DNA of 64,000 nt from an uncultured Solirubrobacterales bacterium (GTDB lineage Bacteria > Actinomycetota > Thermoleophilia > Solirubrobacterales > Solirubrobacteraceae): the NCBI GenBank assembly GCA_963760545.1, contig CAVXDH010000002.1, positions 551,699 to 615,698 on the forward strand, written 5' to 3'. Made by a program: the position numbers and the translations under genes. This document shows, piece after piece, positions 58,060 to 64,000 of this stretch (positions within the stretch are counted from its first letter, which is position 1; each line of letters opens with the position of its first letter). The notes below the pieces were generated by a model, which ran no database searches, was not told the origin of the DNA, and was given only the letters and a program-made list of their open reading frames with translations.

Positions 58060-59560
58060 GGCCAGGGGCCTTATGCGGTCTTTGGCGTGCGCAGGGGCCC
58101 TTGTTGCGGGCGCGAGCTCGAGGGCTCGAAATTGCGGATGCGGGCTTGCGCTCGGGTGTGTCGTGAGACGACAGCCGTGGCTGGGTGTGGGCTAGTGGTT
58201 CAGGGCAGGGGCGACCTTTGCGGGGTTGTAGTCGACGTCGCTGTTGACCATGCGCCAGATCACGCGCAGCAGCCGGTTCGCGCACGCGATCACGGCTTGT
58301 CTGGCGGTGAGCCTTTGGCGCAGTGCGCGGTAAAGCGCCCGGAAGGCAGGGCACGCTTTGATGATGTGTCTGGCGGCGTGAAAGGCGGCGTCGCGCAGCT
58401 GGTAGCGGCAGCGCTCGGAGATCTTGCGTTTCGGGGTGCTTTGCCCGGAGTCCCTTGCGATTGGTGCGCAGCCGCCGAGCTTGCCGAGCGCGCGGGCCGA
58501 GCGCAGCCTGCGGACGTCGCCCGCGGCGGCGAGAAGAAGCGCCCGGTCGAGTTCTCTCAGACCCGGCAGGCTGTCCAGGCGTTGCGCTCCGGGAAGTCGG
58601 GGGTAGAGGTGCAAGAGCTCTTCCTCGAGCATTTCGAGCTGGCCTTCGACGAGCGCACGGCGCCGCATCAGCCGCTGCAGCCTGGCGGCGTAGGCGCCTC
58701 TGGCAGCGCGGTATCCGACCGGGCGGCTGGTCTTCTCGATCAGCTGCTTGATCTTGTTGTGCCCGATATGGCGGCCGGGTGCGGCTGCCCGGACTCGACG
58801 CTCAAGCTCTTGCGCGCCGAGCCTGGTTGCACGTGCGGGGTCTCCGCCGGTGACAGCGATCACGGCGCGGGCGGTGACGCCCCGCTCGCCGCCACGGAAG
58901 GTCTGCAGGAACTCGGGCCAGATCGTGTCCAGACAGGTCTTGACCGCGCCGCGAAGCCGACGGCGCTCGCGGCGCAGCCGCAGCCGCTCGAGACACAGCG
59001 CGTGCGCGCACGCCACCGCGGGCGTGTCGGGCCGCACGAGATGGGAGTAGTCAACGGCGCCGGCGAGGGTGCGGGCATCGACACGATCGGACTTGGCGCC
59101 CGTGATGTCCCGCGCGCCGCGCAGCTTCGCGACGGTCGCCGCGTGAACCTGGCGCACCTCAAGGCCCTTTCCGGAAAGCTCCTCCGCGAGTGCCTGCCAG
59201 CGCGTAGCTGTCGGCTCGATGATCACCAGGACGCGACCCTCAAGCCCGGCAAGCTCTCCGAGGAACCCGTCGATGCCATCGCGGGAATGAGTGAACCGGA
59301 GCCGCCGGTCGGTCCCATCCGGTGCCCGCAACACCGCTTCGTGCGCCGCGCGGCGCCCCAGATCGATGCCGACTGTCCACGCGGGCTCGCCCGCGTGGAC
59401 AGTCGCAGTCACGTCCGTCATCCTCTGCATCCAGCCTCCTCCGACAGTGGTTTAAGCCCGCACACACCTGGGCCAATGAGCTACCCGAAGAGGAGGCTGA
59501 CCTACGTCACGGCGGCCACCAACGCACCCCAACTTCCGCGCCAACCTAAATTGCGTGGCC
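58060..59560 (-). mobile_element. IS110-family insertion sequence (ends approximate)
   Basis: Contains the transposase ORF. This family lacks clear terminal inverted repeats and no second copy is present, so the ends cannot be fixed from this window. Confidence 0.35.
58192..59430 (-). CDS. IS110-family transposase
   Basis: The N-terminal DEDD domain is WTVGIDLGRRAAHEAVL...VIIEPTATRW. The C-terminal Transposase_20-like region is LDSLPGLRELDRALLLAAAGDVRRLRSARALGKLGGCAPIARDSGQS. Confidence 0.85.
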   Translation of the reverse strand: MQRMTDVTATVHAGEPAWTVGIDLGRRAAHEAVLRAPDGTDRRLRFTHSRDGIDGFLGELAGLEGRVLVIIEPTATRWQALAEELSGKGLEVRQVHAATVAKLRGARDITGAKSDRVDARTLAGAVDYSHLVRPDTPAVACAHALCLERLRLRRERRRLRGAVKTCLDTIWPEFLQTFRGGERGVTARAVIAVTGGDPARATRLGAQELERRVRAAAPGRHIGHNKIKQLIEKTSRPVGYRAARGAYAARLQRLMRRRALVEGQLEMLEEELLHLYPRLPGAQRLDSLPGLRELDRALLLAAAGDVRRLRSARALGKLGGCAPIARDSGQSTPKRKISERCRYQLRDAAFHAARHIIKACPAFRALYRALRQRLTARQAVIACANRLLRVIWRMVNSDVDYNPAKVAPALNH

Positions 59561-59768
59561 GTTTGGGCGTGCTTACGGTCAATAACTGTATGAGGGCTTA
59601 TGAAGTAGACCAACTACGTCGCTGCTCGTCGGTGCTGAAGTCGTTGGCCGGTCGGGTGGGGTCGTGGTCTATGACCTCGATGGCACCAACTCCAAGGCGG
59701 CGCTTCCCGGCAGCCAGGCAGGCTTCACGAATCATCTGGGCGCGTCCACGTACGAACTGGGCCGCCCC

Positions 59769-60047
59769 GTGAGCGCCACGTTCGTCCAGGTCCTGCTCGA
59801 CGCGCTCGACGGCGACGCGCTCGACACGCTCGCCGAAAGACTCGCGCCGCGTTTGGGTCAGCCTGCCCAAACCGACGGCTGGCTGACAGTGGGGGAGGCG
59901 GCGGAGTATCTGCGTTGCCCGAAGTCGAGGGTCTACAGCCTCGTGTCCGCCCGTCGCATCCCGTTCGTGAAGGACGGCAGCCGGACGCTGTTCAGGCGCA
60001 GCGAGCTTGACTCGTGGCTACGTCGGGGAGGCGGCACGCGACCATGA
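59769..60047 (+). CDS. xis: excisionase-family HTH DNA-binding protein
   Basis: WLTVGEAAEYLRCPKSRVYSLVSARRIPFVKDGSRTLFRRSELDSWL. GTG start at 59769 is preferred over the ORF-track start at 59664. Confidence 0.7.
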   Translation: MSATFVQVLLDALDGDALDTLAERLAPRLGQPAQTDGWLTVGEAAEYLRCPKSRVYSLVSARRIPFVKDGSRTLFRRSELDSWLRRGGGTRP

Positions 60048-60117
60048 AACGACCCTGCCATCCGGCCTGTCTATCATTCTGTCTGGAGCAAGGCACAGCC
60101 ACGACGGAAGAAAAGCC

Positions 60118-60339
60118 ATGAAGCGCAGCGAAACAGAAGCCGGTACCCCGATCATCGAGTTCACTCCCGAGGAGTACGACGCCTATCTCGAACGGGAGGT
60201 TCGTCGTGGGGTCGGGATGAGTCGGGCGGAGTTCGTCCGCGCGTACAGCGCCGGCGAGCTTGACGACGCGGACGCCGCCGTGGGCGAGCTGGTCGGGCTG
60301 CTCCGGATCGGCCAGAACGGGCATCGAGCTGTCGCGTAG
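60118..60339 (+). CDS. hypothetical small acidic protein
   Basis: A 73-aa ORF with a ggaag SD-like sequence upstream. No motif. Confidence 0.4.
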   Translation: MKRSETEAGTPIIEFTPEEYDAYLEREVRRGVGMSRAEFVRAYSAGELDDADAAVGELVGLLRIGQNGHRAVA

Positions 60340-60856
60340 GGCAGCGCAGCGCCTCGTAGATCGTCTCAACGGCGTTCTCAACAGCACGGTCAGCGACTCG
60401 CGGCTGTCGCTGATTCAGTTGCCGGGTGATCCCGGCACCTTCGAGTTGACGAGGCTCATAGACGGAGACACCGCACCGCTGGAGTTGCATGGGACCACAG
60501 TCCACCTGTTCGTACGCTACGTGATCGTTGTCAAAGACGGCGACTTCAGCATCGAGTCTTATGCCTATCGTCTTCAAACTGGCAGATCGCGGGCTTCGTG
60601 GCTCATCCGTTGGGAGTATCAGCGCGATTCCCCGCGCTCGGACTACCCGTACGCCCGTGCGCACGTTCACGTGCGTGGAGCGTTCCCCGACGGTCAGCAG
60701 GCCGACCGGCTCCACATCCCGACGCTTCGTGTACCGCTCGAGCTGGTCCTGTGGCACCTGATCGCCGAGTGGGGCGTAAAGCCGAAGCGCGACGACTGGC
60801 AGCAGCAGCTCGAAGCGTCGATCGACGGCTTTGACGGCAGACGGCTCGCGCAATAG
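60260..60856 (+). CDS. hypothetical protein
   Basis: ORF with coding-like composition. Only TTG starts are available (60260, overlapping the previous gene, or 60418). Confidence 0.4.
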   Translation: MTTRTPPWASWSGCSGSARTGIELSRRAAQRLVDRLNGVLNSTVSDSRLSLIQLPGDPGTFELTRLIDGDTAPLELHGTTVHLFVRYVIVVKDGDFSIESYAYRLQTGRSRASWLIRWEYQRDSPRSDYPYARAHVHVRGAFPDGQQADRLHIPTLRVPLELVLWHLIAEWGVKPKRDDWQQQLEASIDGFDGRRLAQ

Positions 60857-60892
60857 AGCTGCCGCACCTGTTCGGAGCGGACGGTCGGCCGC

Positions 60893-61147
60893 TCAGCGCT
60901 CGGCTTCGACCGCGGCGGCCAGCTCCGCCATTGAGATGCCAAGGGCCTCGGCGATCTTGCGCACGGTCCACCAGGCGGGTGCGCTCTTTGCCGACTCCAC
61001 ACGGCTGACCGTGCCGAACGTTGTCCCCGCGCGGCTGGCGAGCTCTTCTTGCGTAAGCCCGCGCTCCTCGCGCAGGCGACGGACGGCTCGGCCAAGGTCA
61101 GGGTCGCCTGGAAGTCGTGGTGGCATAGCACGGAGACTTTCACGCAT
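60893..61147 (-). CDS. XRE-family HTH transcriptional regulator
   Basis: LGRAVRRLREERGLTQEELASRAGTTFGTVSRVESAKSAPAWWTVRKIAEALGISMAEL. Confidence 0.8.
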   Translation of the reverse strand: MRESLRAMPPRLPGDPDLGRAVRRLREERGLTQEELASRAGTTFGTVSRVESAKSAPAWWTVRKIAEALGISMAELAAAVEAER

Positions 61148-61358
61148 AGGCGCTCAAGTCCATGCGCTTGACCACATGCGTGTAAGCATATAGACTGGTC
61201 TTCATTCCATATGCAGATGCGGGGCGCGCCGCCAGTAGCAGCCGCCCCGCGTGGCACCGAGAGCGTCAACTCCCGGCACGCCAGCCAAGCTACCAGTCCG
61301 GCAGCGCGGCTTCCTTGCCCGAGCAGTCCTCCGGGGCCTCCAACCACAAGGAGGAACC

Positions 61359-61592
61359 ATGAGTACCGATTCCGTCCCGCCCACAAGCCCCCAGGGCGTC
61401 CTCTTCTCGCTGCTCGCCGAAGACAGGCCGTGGACCGTTGAGGAGATGATCCGCGAGAAGGGCGAAGGCAACCGAGTCGCCGTCGTCGATGCGCTGGCCG
61501 AGCTGGAGGCAATGGGTCTCGTGACACGGATCAACAAGCGCGTCATGTGCGCGTCGCGCGCAGCTCTGAAGGCAGACGAGTTGAGCGTCTGA
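61359..61592 (+). CDS. small winged-helix-like protein (element regulator candidate)
   Basis: A strong SD (aaggagga) lies 7 nt before the ATG. The motif is WTVEEMIREKGEGNRVAVVDALAELEAMGLV. Confidence 0.55.
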   Translation: MSTDSVPPTSPQGVLFSLLAEDRPWTVEEMIREKGEGNRVAVVDALAELEAMGLVTRINKRVMCASRAALKADELSV

Positions 61593-61638
61593 TGGGAGTT
61601 TCCAACCGATACACCTCCTACGATCAAATGGAGGTGTG

Positions 61639-62946
61639 ATGACCGACAAGCGCAAGCTAGAGAAGACGAGTGTCCCCGGCATCTATCGCCGGCACGCTGG
61701 CGGGTGCAAAGGCAACGGCCGCTGCAAATGCCCATACGTGGTCCGGTGGAAGGAGCGTGGCCAGGAGCACAAGCAGATGTTCGCCACCTTTGAGTTGGCG
61801 CGAGAGTTCAAGGCGAACCTCGGGTCGGGCAAGGGCGGTCGTCGGCCGCAATCGTCGTTGACCGTGGCTACCTACTACGAGACGTGGTTTCCCGCCTATC
61901 GAGGTCGTACGAGTCGGGGGCTTGAGAAGTCCACGCGGCGGGAGTACGAGATCAGCTTTCGACTGCACATCCTGCCGTTGCCTATCGCTCGGATTCGGAT
62001 GCGCGAATTGGCGGCGCCCGACGTGCGCGACTGGCTACGCCAGCTTGAGCGTCGAGACGCGACACCGAGCACGATCCGTCGCGCCAAGGCCGCGCTGTCG
62101 GTCATGCTTGCGTCGGCCGTCGAAGATGGCGACCTTGGCTCCAATCCGGCGGCTGGCGTCAGGTACGTGCCGTCTGACACTGCGAAGCGGCAGCACCGCA
62201 AGCCGCCCCCGCGCGCGCTGACCGCAGAAGACGTTATGGCAATCTTGGCCGCGATGCCGGTGTCTTGGCGCGCGTTCTTCACCTTGCTTGCGCAGACGGG
62301 CGTACGGATCGGCGAGCTGCTGGGACTGACCTGGGAGCACGTCCACCTGGGCGACGATCCTCACATCATGGTCGCCGAGCAGGTCTACCGTGGCGAGCGC
62401 AAGAAGCTCAAGACCGAGGCGAGCTATGCGCGCGTGCCGCTGTCGGCTTCGATGGCGGCGTGGTTGACCGAGCTGCGGCCCGAGGACGTGGCGACCGACG
62501 CTCCGGTGTTCCCGTCCGCCACGGGCACGCCGTTGAGCTACCACAACGTCTACAACCGCGTGCTGCACCCCGCGCTGATCGACGCCGGGATCGCCGTGCA
62601 GACGGGAACGGTGACGGTGCGCAGGGGAGGGGAGGACATCGAGGAGCCCGTGTGGGACTACCAGGGGGTCGCGTTCCACGCTTTCCGCAAGGCGTGCGGA
62701 TCGCTGCTGCTCGCGCACGGCAAGAGCCTCAAGCAGGTGCAGGGCTGGCTACGCCATTCACAGCTCACCACGACGATGAACGTCTACATCCACCAGGTCG
62801 ACGACGGGCTCGGCAGCGCGGATGCGTGGGACGACATCCTGGGGGACGCTCGGGGCCACCTTGGGGCCACCGAAGGTCCGGAGGCGGTGCAAAACACACC
62901 CGGCGCCCGCCCCCAAAAAACCGCACGGTTGAGCCAAATCAGCTAG
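61639..62946 (+). CDS. int: tyrosine-type site-specific integrase
   Basis: QTGVRIGELLGLTWEHV (Arg), HAFRKACGSLL (His-x-x-Arg) and LRHSQLTTTMNVYIH (His...Tyr). It ends 31 bp before the attR core. Confidence 0.9.
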   Translation: MTDKRKLEKTSVPGIYRRHAGGCKGNGRCKCPYVVRWKERGQEHKQMFATFELAREFKANLGSGKGGRRPQSSLTVATYYETWFPAYRGRTSRGLEKSTRREYEISFRLHILPLPIARIRMRELAAPDVRDWLRQLERRDATPSTIRRAKAALSVMLASAVEDGDLGSNPAAGVRYVPSDTAKRQHRKPPPRALTAEDVMAILAAMPVSWRAFFTLLAQTGVRIGELLGLTWEHVHLGDDPHIMVAEQVYRGERKKLKTEASYARVPLSASMAAWLTELRPEDVATDAPVFPSATGTPLSYHNVYNRVLHPALIDAGIAVQTGTVTVRRGGEDIEEPVWDYQGVAFHAFRKACGSLLLAHGKSLKQVQGWLRHSQLTTTMNVYIHQVDDGLGSADAWDDILGDARGHLGATEGPEAVQNTPGARPQKTARLSQIS

Positions 62947-62977
62947 CAGTCGCAAACAGCCGCAAAGCCCGTAGCGC

Positions 62978-63022
62978 ACTCATAATCGGTTGGTCCCAGG
63001 TTCGAGTCCTGGCGGGCCCACT
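62978..63022. repeat. attR core: second copy of the 45-bp tRNA 3' segment
   Basis: Exact copy of 47062-47106. It lacks the D-arm and 5' anticodon stem, so it is not a functional tRNA. Confidence 0.9.
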
Positions 63023-63206
63023 AAGGAATCCCTAGCAACCATGCGGGATTCGCCGGGTTAAGCGGTTCGGCGTGAGGGTTGTTTGGGAGGCAGATCGGTG
63101 GCTCGTGTGCCCATATGTGCCCAAACGAGACCGCTAACCGGGTTCTGCGACGCACTAACAGGGCAGGCGAGCGAGTCCCGTCCTATGCGGCACGTAGCTT
63201 GTTGTA

Positions 63207-63677
63207 ATGGCCACAACCCCAGAGGAACTTGCGCTCGAACTTTCCAACACATCCGTTCGAGCGCAGGAACAGACCGAGACACAACTTCGGGAGAAGGCAA
63301 CCGCCGTTCTTGCAGCGGCGTCGATAGTCGTTCCTGTTGCCGCCCTCGCGGTTGGTCACGGGCCGGCTGGTGTGGCGATCCCGTTCGGTATTGCTGCGGT
63401 GGCATATGCGCTGTGTGTGCGTGAGTGCGGCGCTGCCCTGCTTCCTCGCGGTGTTCATGTCGGCCTGCTCGGTGGCGAGCTGCTTGAGACGGCGAAGGCA
63501 AACGATGCCGACCTTCGACAGATGCAGGCGGCCGCAGCGGGCTATCTCGACAACGGCTACAAGCACAACCAAGTAATCCTCGAAGACGCCGCACGGCGCG
63601 CAACGCGGGCTATCGTCTTCTTGACGGCCGAGATACTTGCCTTGGCAGCCGCCTTGCTCGTTACACTTATCAACTGA
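63207..63677 (+). CDS. three-TM membrane protein of unknown function
   Basis: A 156-aa ORF with an N-terminal amphipathic helix, two adjacent TMs, a ~60-aa soluble segment and a C-terminal TM. Confidence 0.45.
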   Translation: MATTPEELALELSNTSVRAQEQTETQLREKATAVLAAASIVVPVAALAVGHGPAGVAIPFGIAAVAYALCVRECGAALLPRGVHVGLLGGELLETAKANDADLRQMQAAAAGYLDNGYKHNQVILEDAARRATRAIVFLTAEILALAAALLVTLIN

Positions 63678-63816
63678 TGAGCGATACACCTCCTTCACCC
63701 AAGCCACTCCCATCGAACCCGATGCCGGCCGTTCCGCCGCCGAACGTCATCGCGGTCGAGATTCGCGAAACCGCGAAACCGCGCCGCTAACAGCGACGCT
63801 TAGAGCGGGCGCGGCT

Positions 63817-63999
63817 CTACTCGCGGTTGTCTGTCATCTCGACGAGAGTTCGAAGCGCCTGCTTCTCGTCTTCGCCGCGCCGCATCGATTGCCGGTAGAC
63901 GCGCAGTGAAAGCGCGGGATCGGTGTGTCCCATTTCATCCATGACGACTCCGGGATCTTCGCCGAGGGCGTAGAGGATGCTCGCGAAGGTGCGGCGCAG
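63817..63999 (-). CDS. tyrosine recombinase/integrase, C-terminal fragment (5' part beyond window)
   Basis: Reverse translation reads LRRTFASILYALGEDPGVVMDEMGHTDPALSLRVYRQSM...stop, the R-x-x-(F/H) ... GH ... Y catalytic tail. Confidence 0.65.
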   Translation of the reverse strand: MRRTFASILYALGEDPGVVMDEMGHTDPALSLRVYRQSMRRGEDEKQALRTLVEMTDNRE

Positions 64000-64000
64000 G

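Larger units (their letters stand above)
47062..63022. mobile_element. tRNA-integrated integrative mobilizable element (~16 kb) with defence-like cargo
   Basis: A perfect 45-bp direct repeat at both ends, with an integrase, excisionase, MobF relaxase and IS110 inside. No conjugation pore genes. Confidence 0.8.

Noticed and set aside
57868-59772. 634-aa plus-strand ORF
   Set aside because: It runs antisense across the whole IS110 transposase gene. The Arg/Gly/Ala-rich composition is typical of shadow ORFs in high-GC DNA, and it has no motif.
62967-63022. tRNA-like sequence (gcccgtagc..actcataatcgg...gggccca)
   Set aside because: It lacks the D-arm and the 5' anticodon stem. It is the displaced 3' tRNA segment (att core), not a tRNA gene.
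47062-63022. Possibility that the island is a prophage
   Set aside because: No capsid, portal, terminase, tail or lysis genes are recognisable. The relaxase points to a mobilizable element instead.
63207-63677. Idea that the 3-TM protein is a SLATT-type pore-forming defence effector
   Set aside because: The idea rests only on size and TM topology, with no motif-level support. It is left as a membrane protein of unknown function.

Overview
High-GC (roughly 65-70%) chromosomal segment, with gene order typical of Actinomycetota. About 47 kb is conserved core. It carries a type IV pilus cluster (two tandem pilin genes, prepilin peptidase, pilMNO), then aroC / fused aroK-aroB / aroQ / pepP / efp / nusB, xseB-ispA-dxs, and tlyA-nadK. 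A c-di-GMP and two-component block follows, then recN-steA-steB-pyrG, xerD, mutM, grx, recO, dgt, dnaG and tRNA-Asn. From 47062 to 63022 a ~16 kb integrative mobilizable element sits in the 3' half of a tRNA(CAT) gene, bounded by a perfect 45-bp direct repeat. It encodes an integrase, an excisionase, an XRE/wHTH switch, a MobF relaxase and an IS110 insertion. Its cargo looks like a defence island: a TIR protein, a PIN-like protein, a two-gene operon with an Mrr-type nuclease fusion, and a lipoprotein plus a DUF4238-like protein. A second integrase fragment after the right repeat suggests tandem islands. Non-coding oddities are three abutting perfect 24-nt palindromes (19637-19708), several GAAC-N4-GTTC LexA-like boxes (one directly upstream of the TIR gene), a possible GEMM-I-like leader before pilA1, and a pilin duplication whose junction carries a pilD 5' remnant. 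All functional calls come from motif recognition by eye. No database search was run.
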